NCBI RefSeq assembly: GCF_006345805.1
Contig: NC_042998.1
Location: forward strand, 31,744,001 to 31,808,000
DNA length: 64,000 nucleotides
From: Octopus sinensis
Taxonomy: Eukaryota
Direction: 5' to 3'
Part shown: positions 12,874-25,960 of the stretch, piece after piece
Numbering within the stretch: the first letter of the stretch is position 1
Layout of the letters: every line of letters starts with the position of its first letter
Translations under genes and position numbers: made by a program
Notes under the pieces: generated by a model
What the model was told of the DNA's origin: nothing
What the model saw: the letters and a program-made list of their open reading frames with translations, nothing else
Database searches by the model: none

Positions 12874-14030
12874 TGTATGTATGTATGTATGTATGTATGT
12901 ATGTATATGTATGTATGTATGTATATGTATGTATATATATATATGTATATATATACGTATGTATGTATATATGTAGCTGTTTGTATACAAGAATACAAAC
13001 CTACTCTCAACCGAAAGTCCGAATGGAATAACATCCAGATCCCATTCAGAAGGACTATTCTATAACCACCCCTCTCTCTCTCTCCCTTTCACCTGATGTC
13101 CTTACATACAGGCTGCAATGCGTATGTGCAGTTATATACAACGGTATGAACAGACGTTGTTTGATACGAACAGTTGCACCTAGGCGTTATATCCATTCAC
13201 GGTTAGACGATGATGAGAGGAACAAACACACACCCACACACATGTATATATATGTGTGTGTGTCTATACAAACATATATGTAGATATGTATACAACCTTC
13301 AGCAAAGTAACAGTCATGTACACAACTTGGACGGACACATGCCAGTACACGGACATACGTTCACATACACATACACATGTACACACTATCACAGTCACAT
13401 CTGCCCATTCTCCTAGACACTCACATACATACGTAGCACATGAATACAAACATACATACATACCTACGTATGGGCATACACACGTACATACGCACGTACA
13501 TGTACGCACACACATACATGGGCACATGCATACGAGCGCGTACACATACATACGCACATGCGTACGTATGTACATACAACACATACATACATACATATAT
13601 ACATACATAGATACATACATACGCACATACATACATACATACGCACAATAGTAAAACTTTAGTTCTGTGATATAGAGATAAAAATCTGATAATAGATTTT
13701 AGGGTATAGTTTTGGGAGCAAGTGTCATAAATTCACTTTCTAGCTTCGGCCGTAGGAAGTTGAAATTTGATAGCGTTGTGATGAGTGGTCACTCTACGTC
13801 CATCCATCGCTACAGGTTTATAGCTTTATGTTTTATAGAGTGTATGTGCGTGCATATACACATACATACATACATACATACATACATACATACATACATA
13901 CATACATACATACATACATACATACATACATACATACATACATACATGCACAGGCGTATGTGCGTACATGCATACGTACATACATACACACATGTATGCA
14001 TACATACACACATACATACGTACATATATA
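12805..14030. repeat. Cluster of (TA)n, (TATG)n and degenerate (TACA/CA)-derived arrays
   Basis: Arrays at about 12805-12975, 13230-13650 and 13850-14030. Confidence 0.9.
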
Positions 14031-14216
14031 TGACGAACTAAATGTTACTTTCTTAGATGCAGCACGGACTTTGTTAGTGAACAGGTCGCGGATTTTAGCG
14101 ACAAAAATATTTTGACAAATTAAACTTAAATGTTGAAGTGAATCGAACGGCTTTTGTGTGTTTCTTAAATGGCTTATAAACACCTTCCACGCTGCAATTG
14201 TTATATATATATATAT

Positions 14217-14268
14217 GTTTCTTTATTACCCACAAGGGGCTAAACATAGAGGGGACAAACAAGGACAT
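14217..14268 (-). mobile_element. SINE family A 3' tail fragment
   Basis: tttctttattacccacaaggggctaaacatagaggggacaaacaaggaca matches the family A tail. Confidence 0.85.
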
Positions 14269-14329
14269 ATATATATATAATATATAATATATATATATAT
14301 AGATATATATATATATATATTATATATAT

Positions 14330-14492
14330 GAGGGGCTTCCTTTCGTGTCCATCTACCAAATCTACTCACAAGGCTTTAGTCGGATCGAGACGATAGTAGA
14401 AGATACCCGCTGAAGCAGCTACGCAATGGGACTGATCCCGGAAGCATGTGGTTGGAGAGAAGCCTCTTACCACAAAGCAACCCCCTCACCTA
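14330..14492 (-). mobile_element. SINE family B 5' half, degenerate
   Basis: ctaccaaatctactcacaaggctttagtcgg...gggactga...cttaccacaaagc is the reverse complement of the family B head and core. Confidence 0.8.
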
Positions 14493-14513
14493 TCAATGAT
14501 GTTTTCTAACTAG

Positions 14514-14646
14514 ATCCATGTCGCTTTTGCTGTTCTTATAATGCAACGTTATCGAACGTGACCTTTCCTATCTTAAAGATGTTCCAATCTAATTTGCGGT
14601 ATATTATTCTGATAGATCCGATAGATCCGACAGATTGTGTAGTTAT
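14514..14646 (+). other. Exon-like cassette with an open frame
   Basis: Acceptor gttttctaactag|, donor ttat|gtaaga; phase-1 frame PCRFCCSYNATLSNVTFPILKMFQSNLRYIILIDPIDPTDCVV has no stop. Confidence 0.25.
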
Positions 14647-15621
14647 GTAAGAGTTCCCTCTTCTTTTTTCTTAATCAATCTTATCTGCCCGAGTTAATTA
14701 AATGAGATCTTCTTTTTTTTTTTTATTAAAATATAAAAGTCTATAAAATCGTTTCTTTTTTCTGAATTTAAAATGTCATAAAATTTAACTTGCATTGTTC
14801 ACTTTTTAGCATCATACTCTAAACTAATAAGACAGAGTAGAAGCAAGGAATATTTATTTATTTCCGTGAAATGATACATTGATATGGATTAAACTAGTTG
14901 ATTTATGTATGAACAATGCATATACGGATGTAAGAAATCGATATTTCGATAGATTTATGACTAATTGCATTTCGAGAAAATGCTATAATTAAACCGTTTA
15001 AAACTTTATTGCTTGTTCACACGTAGGTTATGTGCAGAAATAACATTTAATATTGAACAATGCAGGAAATCTAATGCATGTTCATAGACAAACGGTTGTT
15101 CGGTGATCGTTGTCGTGAAACCACTATACAGCACTTATTGAGTAAAGTATTGTCGAAGCTTTTCCAGCATCGGTATATATTTACATATGTAACAGAATAC
15201 ACAGATGGCTAATGAATTCTTGCATATGTAACAAGATAGTATGAAGAGACGCCTAGAGACAGCTAAAGCATGGCAGCATGTAAGCGTATGTTCAATTGGA
15301 GGTTAAATAAAGCTCATTAAAAGATAATAATATCCAATCAATTTACTGGTTTATTACATGTTATTTGTTTTGAATTTTAATACTCATAAATAATATTATT
15401 TAAATAAACTGTGGTTTATATTTATTTAAGAAACATAAGAAAATAGAGATTAATCAGTAATTATATTTATAAATTGCAAAAATAGACACACACACACACA
15501 CTCACACACACACACACACACATATATTATATATATATATATATATATATAGTATATATAGATATATATATATCATTACATAAATAATGCTGTTTTTTCA
15601 GTTGCATGAATTGCATTAACT

Positions 15622-15752
15622 AGAGGTCGGAGGGGGAGGGGGACGGGATAAACGTACTGCACATGCACACAGGAGAGGTCAACTCGTTAACAGTGAATGC
15701 TTTAGCTTCGTTACAATAACAACATTCCATATACTTATTGATGATGCCCCGT
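15622..15752 (-). mobile_element. Probable mariner terminal fragment
   Basis: Minus-strand cggggcatcatcaataagtatatggaatg resembles the TIR ggtctgatcaataagtatccgga at 52582/53478. Confidence 0.4.
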
Positions 15753-15793
15753 ATATGCATACATACATACTTACATACATACATACATAATAC

Positions 15794-15827
<34 letters not shown>

Positions 15828-16052
15828 TACACACACACACACACATATATATAATAAAAATAAGAAAATGGAGAAACAATTTAGTTGGTTCATCAGCTTT
15901 CGGATATTAGATGTTGACTTATTTGTTCATTTAACAAAAACGAAAACCTTAATAACATATATTATAATTCAATACTTATAAGATAAGAATACAATTATAA
16001 AAATCTGTATGTATAAAAATATGTATATATAAATTATACATACATATATATT

Positions 16053-16249
16053 ATAGTAGGGTAGGCCGGTTTGTGCGGTTACTCTGGGTTTCTCGCTCAT
16101 AAGGGGGTTAGCCTTACGGCGTATCTTCAGACACCAAACACTGCTGGTCTCAAGCCAGTGGTGTTTGGGGTCTGAAGATACACCGTAAGGCGAAACCCCT
16201 AACGAGAGAGAAACCCAGGGTAATCCGATAAATCGTCTTACCCCACTAT
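16053..16249. mobile_element. Fold-back (hairpin) MITE-like element with about 95-bp arms and a 7-nt loop
   Basis: Left arm atagtagggtagg...ccaaacactgctgg is an imperfect reverse complement of right arm ccagtggtgtttgg...ttaccccactat; TA at the left edge. Confidence 0.8.
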
Positions 16250-16411
16250 GATATTAACTGCTCTACATCTTATTTATATACTTCTACAAACGATCCTATA
16301 TTACAAGACAAACTCACAGACACACACACATAAATGTATATGCACGTACGTATGTGTGTGATATATATATATATGTACGTATGTATATACATACATTAAA
16401 TACATACATCA

Positions 16412-16473
<62 letters not shown>

Positions 16474-16887
16474 GGCGCAGGAGTGGCTGTGTGGTAAGTA
16501 GCTTGCTTACCAACCACATTGTTCCGGGTTCAGTCCCACTGCATGGCACCTTGGGCAAGTGTCTTCTACTATAGTCTCGAGCCGACCAAAGCCTTGTGAG
16601 TGGATTTGCTAGACGGAAACCGAAAGAAGCCCGTCGTATATATGTATATATGTGTGTGTGTGTGTGTGTGTGTATGTTTGTGTGTCTGTGTTTGTTCCCC
16701 TTGCTTGACAACCGATGCTGGTGTGTTTATGACCCGTCACTTAGCGGTTCGGCAAAAGAGACCGATAGAATAAGTACTGGGCTTACAAAGAATAAGTCCC
16801 GGGGTCGAGTTGCTCGACTAAAGGCGGTGCTCCAGCATGGCCGCAGTCAACTGACTGAAACAAGTAAAAGAGTAAAAGAGTAAAAGA
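16474..16887 (+). mobile_element. SINE family B, full length
   Basis: ggcgcaggagtggctgtgtggtaag head, B box gggttcagtccc, internal (TA)(GT)n, tail (gtaaaaga)n. Confidence 0.93.
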
Positions 16888-17839
16888 CATAATACATGCA
16901 TACACATTATGTGTGTGTGTGTGTGTGTCTGTGTGTGCTTGTCGTGTAATATATGGATTTATGGAATTATCTGGCTATCAAAGGAAGCTTCTCTAGGGGA
17001 ATCGGCAAAGAAATGCTGTGTTCCATGCAGCTGAAATCTAGCAGATACAATCAATGAGATTATTTCGTGATTAGTAAATAATCCATGAAAAGTCGAGAGG
17101 TATTAGCTATAAATATATTTATTTAAAAACTAGCCATCCTAAGGATTACAGCCGTTTCACAGCGTTTATCATATAATAATATTCTCAGTATGTAATAAAT
17201 TGTCTGCATGCTTGCACAAATAAGCGCGCTATGCGTTATGCAATACAATTCTGCATTCATAAAGCAGTGCAGCTACAAAAGCTGGCTCATCAGATCACCA
17301 GAACGTCGCGGTGTAACTAATGCGGCACTTATAGTTAGATGCCTTCATTTGCTCTGATTTGTAAATATGTAATTGTATTGTGTAATGCATTGTATGCATT
17401 TTAGTGCAGACAAGTAAACATAATTTACTATTCACACAACAAAAAATGTTTCCTGATTTCTGCGAAACGGATGAAACCCTAAATAATAACAAGTGGTTGA
17501 ATAAATATATTCATCAGACATACATTTTCTATTATATACACACATACACACACACACACACATATATATATATACACACATACACAAAGTGGTGGGGAGT
17601 ATAATAGGGGTGTATTTCCACGCGGGAAAAACGTATACACACATCTATCTATCTATATATATATGTGTGTGTATACAGTATATTTCGCACATACAGGGTG
17701 AATGTGCAACAGATTATATTTACTTTGATAGAGCTACTTTGAATTCATAATATATATGTATATATGTGTGCGTGCGTGTGTGTGTGCGTGTGTGCGTGTG
17801 TGTGTACGTGTGTGTGTGCGTGTGTGTGTGTGCGTGTAT

Positions 17840-17872
<33 letters not shown>

Positions 17873-18479
17873 CATATGTTTCTGTGTGTGTCAGCGTGTT
17901 TGTGTGTGTGTGTGTTTGTAGATGTTTGGATGTGTAGGCGAAATGGTTGTGTATGAAAACATTGAAAGCAACACAAGGCTCCTGATCTAAACTTTATTAC
18001 AGGTATATTTCCTATATTCCGAAGGTTTATAAATCGTTATGGGTTATTTCAAACATTACTTTTCCCATAACTACTGTCTTGTTGTTCCACCTTTAGGATG
18101 AAATAATTTTATTGGCACTTCTTAACGTAGGTTTTATTGTAGTTTTGTAGTGTTGGGAATTACGTTGTGGCAATTTTCCAGTCGTGATTTAACAACCTTT
18201 AAAGATTGTAACAGTTTAAATTTTCTAACTGCCATTAAAATAATTCCATTCAGAGAATAAAAAGCGGAAGATTTATGAAACACGAAAACATTTTGTGGCC
18301 ACATTACCTAAAAGGAAACCGTTCCCTATGCACTCATATATCTATGTATGCGACTAAACGCATGCGCGAGCACACGCCTCCCCTCACACACATCTATCAT
18401 ATTCTTTTACGCTTTTAATAATTTCGGTCAATGAACTATGTCATACTGTGTCAGTTTTAATCGATTGTAATTGAATTTA

Positions 18480-18630
18480 GGAGTAACTGTGTGGTACGAA
18501 GTCTTGTTCTTATCCAGATGGTTGCATATTCAGTCCGACTGCCTGTCAACTTGTGTAAATTCCTTCTACTACAGTCCGGAGCCAACTAAAATAGTGTGAG
18601 TAAAATTGGTAACTGAGAGAAGCCCATCGC
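18480..18630 (+). mobile_element. SINE family B 5' half, old and degenerate
   Basis: ggagtaactgtgtggtacgaag...ttcagtccgactg...ctactacagt...gaagcccatcg. Confidence 0.7.
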
Positions 18631-18685
18631 TTTTTGTCTGCTTCCCTGTCTGTCTGTAATCCCTCTCTTTCTCTGTATATATATA

Positions 18686-18755
<70 letters not shown>

Positions 18756-19052
18756 TATATATACACACATAAATATATTAGCTATCTACACCCACCTATC
18801 TTCGTCTTTTACTTTTTTGGGGGAATTCTCTCTCCCTATATATATATATTTATTTATTTATATTATATATATATTATATATATATTACTATCAACCATTG
18901 AGGGTAAAATTAATTAATTATCAATTTCACCAAGTATTCAGTATAGTGGCAAGTAATTTATATTTTACTATAGCCTCAATTATAATATATATTATATATA
19001 TATATATAATTCTATTATATATATATTTATATTATATATATTATATTATAAT

Positions 19053-19095
<43 letters not shown>

Positions 19096-19405
19096 AGAAT
19101 ATATATATGCACGCTAATATCGAACAGTGAGAAAAAGTGGTCAACACCGTATCGGTGAATAAATGATCGTGTTTTAATTTTTGGATTGACAAGGCAACCA
19201 ATGGTTTCATGCATTGAGATCTTCACAAGTGTTCAAGCATAGTACATGGACGTCTTGCTACTCGTCTCTATTTTGGTTGAGAATATATTATATATATAAT
19301 ATACGTCTGTGTGCGTTTGCTTATGTTTGTGTTTGTCCTCCACCACTGCGTTTCAATCGGTGTGTGTTTATGTACGTCAGCGTATCATTACTGACTCGGC
19401 ATAGG

Positions 19406-19486
19406 GATTTGAACTCAGCACGTGTAGACGGACGAAATGGCACTGAGCATTTTGCACGGCTTGTTAGCGATATGCAAGCTCACCGC
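19406..19486 (-). mobile_element. SINE family A head, degenerate
   Basis: gatttgaactcag...gacgaaatggcactgagcatttt...gctcaccgc. Confidence 0.7.
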
Positions 19487-19519
19487 TTTACATTATTAAT
19501 ATATCATTATTTATAAACG

Positions 19520-19900
19520 AAGGCGTCGAGCTGGCGGAATCAGAACAGCGTTGTAAAAATTGCTTAGCGACATTTTCTCTGCATCTGTACGTATTTCTTT
19601 ATTACCCACAAGAGGCTAAACATAGAGGGAACAAACAAGGACAGACATAGGTAATAAGTCGATTACATCGACCCCAGTGCGTAACTGGCACTTAATTTAT
19701 CGACCCCGAAAGGATGAAAGGCAAAGTCGACCTCGGCAGAATTTGAACTCAGAACGTAACGGCTGACGGAATACGGCTAGGCATTTCGCCCGGCGTGCTA
19801 ACGTTTCTGCCAGCACGCCGCCTGTACATCTGTGCGTTCTGAATTCAAATTTCGCTAAGGTCGTCTTTGCCTTTCATCCATTACTGGTTCATAAAACAAA
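19520..19900 (+). mobile_element. Old SINE family A copy interrupted by a younger inverted copy
   Basis: Head ggcgtcgagctggcggaatc at 19522 resumes after 19822 as gcgttctgaattcaaatttcgctaaggtcgtctttgcctttcatcc. Confidence 0.75.
19592..19822 (-). mobile_element. SINE family A, full length, nested insertion
   Basis: Near-consensus copy; imperfect flanking duplication catctgtacg/catctgtgcg. Confidence 0.92.
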
Positions 19901-20937
19901 TTACTAATCTAGTACTAGTGTCACTGATACTGTCACAATTATCCATCTCTAAAAAGTTGGGCATACGTCAAAATTTGAAAACAAATATACATTATGACCT
20001 TAAATAGTCAAATCCAGTAATCAAGAATGTCGCGAGCGTTTCGTCTCTGGAAACCTTAACGGATCACGTCCGGTTTGTATGTCTTGGGTAAGGTGGTTAA
20101 AGAACTAGAGGGAAATTGTCAAAACTTGTCAAACCCAAAGAAAACAATTATTCATCAGACTTATGTGCCACGCCAGAATACAATATATTTGTTTATAGGG
20201 TGGGCCTGGAGTATGTAGGTTGGGGTAGAATTTTGGGAGTGCGAAGATAGGGTAATGTGAAACGTTAATCGTGTGCGATCCTGTAAATGCGTGTGTGTTC
20301 ATGGCCTTATAAATTAGGATGGAGTGAAAACAACAAAAAAATCGTAAAAACTGAATATGCCCGAGGGCTAAAATGGTGCCATATTTGATTACTATAAAAA
20401 TGCTAAATTTTCGCTTAGATCGGTCAAAAACATGTACTCCCTCAAACCTCTCAAACATCGCTGGTGTAAAAGATTTACAACCGTCCCCTATTTTCGGAGT
20501 TTAGGGAGCTTGAGGGAGTAAATGCACCTGATTGATCTCAACAAAGATTGAACATTTTTTTAATAATCAAATATAGCTACATTATAACTTTCAAGCATTT
20601 TCAAGTTTTACAAATTTTTATTTTCACTTCACCCTATTGTTAGGTTGGCAAACTTTTCGTAATTTCATGCGAAGGGGGAGAGCAAAATGCTGTTTAAGAT
20701 ACAGTCGGCCTGTGCTGATGAGGGCAGAACGAAACCCTGACTTTTAAAGTTTTGAGAGGTGCTTAAGTAAAGTGAGTTATGCAATATGATTCTTTCCTCG
20801 CCCATGCGGAACCTGCAGATCCTCTTCTATTATTTGTACTTTTCTACAAGCTTCCGTTTGATACTGGAGTGCGCAGCGTTTTCGTTGAGTATCCATACAT
20901 GTCCCGTTTGAGTAGGGATATTTCGCTGACTTGGAAT

Positions 20938-21070
20938 GCACTTACTTCAGTACAAACGCACTTACTCAAGTACGAACGCACTTACTTCAGCACGAATGCA
21001 CTTACTCTAGTACGAACGCACTTACTTCAGTACGCTTGGTGTATTTCCACTGGCACTTACTTCAGTACGC
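20938..21070. repeat. 20-bp minisatellite (gcacttacttcagtacgaac), about 5 tandem units plus one displaced unit
   Basis: Units start at 20938, 20958, 20978, 20998, 21018 and about 21053. Confidence 0.9.
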
Positions 21071-21364
21071 TTGTCGTTCCACCGGCATCTTTCGATACTA
21101 CCTCTCCCTCATACTGAACGGTTTCTGTACTGTATTGGCCATTTTGTGGCAATGTTGCGTTAGCTCTGTATGAGTGATCAACCTCTGATCTAGATTTAAG
21201 CCTACTTACTTATATATGTATGACAGGTTGACAACTGAAAAAGAAAGATTCAATGCATGTATAGCAAAGAGTTTTCCGTAACTGTGTTTGGAGAAAATGC
21301 TTATCGACTAAGCTCAGTAAGAGCCGAATGTGAATCAAAAGTGTATATATATATATATATATAT

Positions 21365-21397
<33 letters not shown>

Positions 21398-21885
21398 GTA
21401 TGTATGTAGGTATGTGTATGTATGTATGTATGTATGTATGTATGTATGTGTGTGTGTGTGTGGTGTGTGTGTGTGCGTTTCTTAAATAAAATGAGACAAC
21501 AAGGCCAAGGCAGTCTGATATTTCTGGGATATTTATAAAGATAAATGTAGTTTTAGAGACTTGTTATCTAATTTTATTTAACATATACAAGCTCGCTCAC
21601 ACGACCCGCCTTAGACTCCTCACTCATACTATCATTGAACTGGGAGTCTAACAGCGGTCTTTCCGTAGCACTTATATAGCTTTACCTGCCTTTTGGGACT
21701 TCAGGATAACAAAACCTCTCTCATATATATATATATATAAATTAAATTAGAGATTAAACCACTATTAGGCAACTCAATTTAATTTATTTATACTGTGAAA
21801 TTTGATTTAATCCTAAATCTAATTTTTCCGTGTAAGTTTGGATATACTCCCTAATATATTATTATATGTATATATATATATATAT

Positions 21886-21925
<40 letters not shown>

Positions 21926-22769
21926 CAGAGAGAGACAGAGAGAGGGAGAGAGAGACGCTTTTGAGAGATAGACTGATAGATAAATAAAAAGCTAGATTGA
22001 TGGGTGGTGATAGCGAAATAAGCTTAGCAAAAATAACAGATTAGTGATCAGTTGAATGTGATCTTTCAACTTCCTCGTCCAGGACGGGCCCAACGGTGCA
22101 GAGGTGGCTATGAAACAATCCGAATGGAAATATGATTGAGATAATAAGGTAGATAAATACAGTTACGCTTGAGACTAGAGTACAAAAAGATTATAAATTA
22201 AAAAATACATGTAATGAAAAACATTAATATCTTATTACAAAATCTGCTCAAAGAGAGAAAACGTTTGTAATGACCATATTCATAAATGATATGTGCATGA
22301 TGTCATAGCGTTGCAACCAACGATAAGTCTAGATGAAATTGTTAAGTAAGTTAGGCCTCACTTTTCAAAAGCAGAATGGGAAGTGCGAGTTGTTTAGTAA
22401 TGTTTTATATACATAAAGGTTTAAAGAGAAGAGGGTAGCTGTTAGCGAAAGAAGACGGGAATAGTGAGAGAGGACAGGTAAGAGTCTAGAGAGGATGAAA
22501 AATAGTCAAAGACCTGATACAAAGATGATAGATAAAGTGAATAGTTGGCCGGAGAAAATCGTTGTCAGTTCATTTAGCAGCAGTCAAAGCAGTAAACCAT
22601 TTAGAAATCTCAGAGGCAATAAGACAATGAGGCGTGAGATTATTAAACGTTTAATTAACGGGATGGACGTTGTAGGAGAGAATGAAAGTACGGTAAGGAA
22701 AAAGAATATTAGATACGAATGTTAGTTAAAATGAGGAAAACTTTTAATGACCTTACATAATGACCAAAG

Positions 22770-23160
22770 GTGCTATAGAACTTGTGTTGGTAAGAGACTA
22801 CGTGAAAGAATAGATTAAGTAAAGAGGTATCAGTTTGGCGGCATATTGTGACTGGTTCTCGACAACATAATTTATAAATGTGGAGGTTAACATCGTATGG
22901 GTTTCAGTCACACAAGATAAAGTATAAGTATACTCTGGGACTTGAGGCGGTGTATGTAGTTGGCTAAGGAAGGATATTCTTTAGAGGCCCCATTTGAGAA
23001 GGAGCTTATATGAGTAAGGTATCGTCGTTTGAAGTCGATGGTAAACACTATGTAAACCTTTGCCTCGTGAGAACTTGCGCTTGAGACTAGATGCTATAGC
23101 TCAAGCAAAACTCATTTAACGGATAGCGTCGGGTGGCACGACAGTTACAGGTTTTCTGAC
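22770..23160 (-). mobile_element. Penelope-like element, GIY-YIG endonuclease remnant
   Basis: Minus frame VYIVFTIDFKRRYLTHISSFSNGASKEYPSLANYIHRLKSQ followed by KLCCREP...DTSLLN, matching the PLE pattern FKxRYxxHxxSF...LSxYIxxLK...CxLCxxEK...LLN. Confidence 0.75.
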
Positions 23161-23710
23161 AGTCAGTGGGCTTGTATTTTATGTTTGTCAATATGATCCA
23201 GTCAGACAGTCATTGTATGTTAGTCAGTACGGTCACTTACTCCAGAAGTAGGAACAAAAGTGAAAGTGTCTCTACTATGAAGGTGAGAGTGATTTTGAGG
23301 ATTAGGGAACGATTAATCTGACTTATGATTATAACTATCTGGACTTTATTTGGCTGTCCTTCATCCAGTCTTGCCTCTTATCTACCATTCTCTCTCACTA
23401 TTTCCATGTGCTTCCTCCAGCACCTATTCCTGTTTCTTCTCTTTGAAACTATATATTCCTAAATACTACTATATATTATATTCCTAAACTTTATATTCCT
23501 AAACGATTCGCATTTGTCAATGTACTCTTGAAAAAGGAGGCCTAGCTTACTTAATAATTTCATCTAAACTCATTGGATAAAGCATTACGAAAAGATTTTC
23601 ATTATACGTATTTTTTCTTTATTATATAATCTTTATTTTGTACTTCATGTAAACATGTGTCAAGTCTGTGTTAATCTGTCTTACTACATCTCTTTCGTTC
23701 TCTCTCTTTT

Positions 23711-23754
<44 letters not shown>

Positions 23755-24096
23755 TTGAAGTTCAGAGATCAGGAGACATTATTTCGGGTTTCTCTTTATG
23801 GATGTTCAGGGGAATCTAAAAGAAGTAGAGACAAGAAAAGCTGTTTAACAGAAATCCTCTAATAGCATTTGAATATTTAGACAGGCTTTAATCGGATACG
23901 AACTTTTACTGACTCAATGCCACATAACTCTAACACGAAAAATATAATATCGCCATTTTGACTTTGACAAGAATCGATTAGGAATGTATGCAAGATGTAT
24001 TCTAATGATAACCGATGAAGAATGTTTTCTGATTTTATCGAGTGTTGAGTGTTAGATTAGTGTTTTGAGTATAACGTATTATCACAGTTATCAAAG

Positions 24097-24136
<40 letters not shown>

Positions 24137-24389
24137 CTAGGATCTTGAATTATCCAGTAAAATCTTTTTTTGCTAGTTTATTTTGTCTCTCTGTCTTATC
24201 TCATGGCGCAATATGAACATTTAAGGTGTTTTTTAGAGTCAGGGTTTTGACTGCTATTTCGGCATGGTGGTATCTCTCAGATACCCTTATTTATAGTCTT
24301 AAATAATTATTACCTTTGTATGGTATTTATTCCATACTGGCCACTTGATAAGATCAATATTTAAATATCGATATTATCCTTATTTATGA

Positions 24390-24468
<79 letters not shown>

Positions 24469-24661
24469 AGGAAGTAATGGCGCAAAAGCACTGTTTATGT
24501 ATAATCACGATTTAGGTTAGTTGAAATATGTTTGTCATATATTTCAATTGCTAAAGGCAAATACACTGCAGCTACTGTGGAGAAAACATCTCTCATATGG
24601 TAAAGAGGTGTTTAAAAATTCCAGTTCGTGCGGTGTCGCCTTCTCTCGGGAATCTCAGACA

Positions 24662-24874
24662 TCGATGTTTCGAGTTTATTGACTCTTGTTAATGAGATGT
24701 ACCTAAGAGAGGCAACTCTGAACGAACTAAATAAAGCTTGTAGCTTTATATATAATTCAGTCAACACATTGACTGATTTGAGCTAGTAGATCGCTCGATC
24801 TATATATAGTTCCCGAGAGATGGCGACACTGAATCACACCTCATCGACAAGAGTCAATAAGCTCGAAACATCGA
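24662..24874. mobile_element. MITE-like element with about 38-bp terminal inverted repeats and internal hairpins
   Basis: tcgatgtttcgagtttattgactcttgttaatgag vs ctcatcgacaagagtcaataagctcgaaacatcga; internal stems attcagtcaa/ttgactgatt and tagatcg/cgatcta. Confidence 0.7.
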
Positions 24875-25539
24875 AAGAGTCACATTGAATCAATACCATT
24901 CATCATTGCATATTGGAATGTTCAATGTAGTCTTCGATCATATAAAAATACAGCGGAAGTGAGTATGAAAAGCTATATGATATCAGGGCTCGTGGTTCGG
25001 CTGACACATCGCATTGCTCTCCACAGAGGCAACACAGTAAACAACATGAAGTACATGCTGATCCCAATTACTAAGCAAAACTTAATAGTAAGCCATTAAT
25101 AAACAATACAGTTATCTTGGACTTATGTCCTCATTAAATAGATAAATGGTAGAAAGAACACGCAAAGCTTAGCGTCGCAGATAAGATCTAAATGTTGACG
25201 TGTACAACTAACAGACAATAATTCAAATGTCGACACTGATTCCATTAGCCATACCTCCATTAAAATATCAGCAGCGCTGCAACCAGCACAACTTCTCGGA
25301 AACAAATCCGTGAAGATCTAAAGATGTCGACAATAACTTTGGAAGATTTATATTCCAAGCAAACTACAAAGATGACATAGGAAAATTGTAAAATCCTCTA
25401 TGAAAAGACAAAATATAAAAATGGAATCCGTTCGTGTTTCCAACCCAATCAAACATAAAGACAAATAAGAATATGATAAATTATCCAAACAATGCAATGT
25501 TTCGATGTTTGAAGTTTAAAAGTACAACATCTTTTAACT

Positions 25540-25960
25540 TCTATTTCAGTATTAAATCGCCTTTCTCTAAGTTCGGAAGACCATAATCAGAGAGAGTTCA
25601 AACAGGATAAATGCTACTGCTGCTACAAATATTTATTTAATTTTAGCTCAATGGCGTAGGCTGCTTGCGAGATCTAATGCCCTGTATGATTGATGAATTC
25701 CTATTTCTAGTTAGAATATCCGTCTATGAGACGGAAAATAATTCCATATTCACCCCAACACCCAATAAATTGGCTTAATTAACCATTAAGTATATCCGGC
25801 TAACCTCCAAGTACTCTCAATATCTTCTGAAGGACAGGTTTAGTGAAGGTATGCAGACAGGTTGATTAGTTTTTGGTTTTTTGTCAAACTTGGTGAAGTC
25901 TATGACAACTCATCCGAGGCTAATCTCCAGTTATTCTGACCACCTTACTGCCGTTATATT
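25540..25960 (-). mobile_element. Highly degenerate CR1/L2-like RT fragments
   Basis: Minus-strand remnants VVIDFTKFDK, IIQG and GLPNLEK. Confidence 0.35.

Noticed and set aside
20938-21070. CRISPR-like array
   Set aside because: Contiguous tandem units without unique spacers, eukaryotic context, no cas genes.
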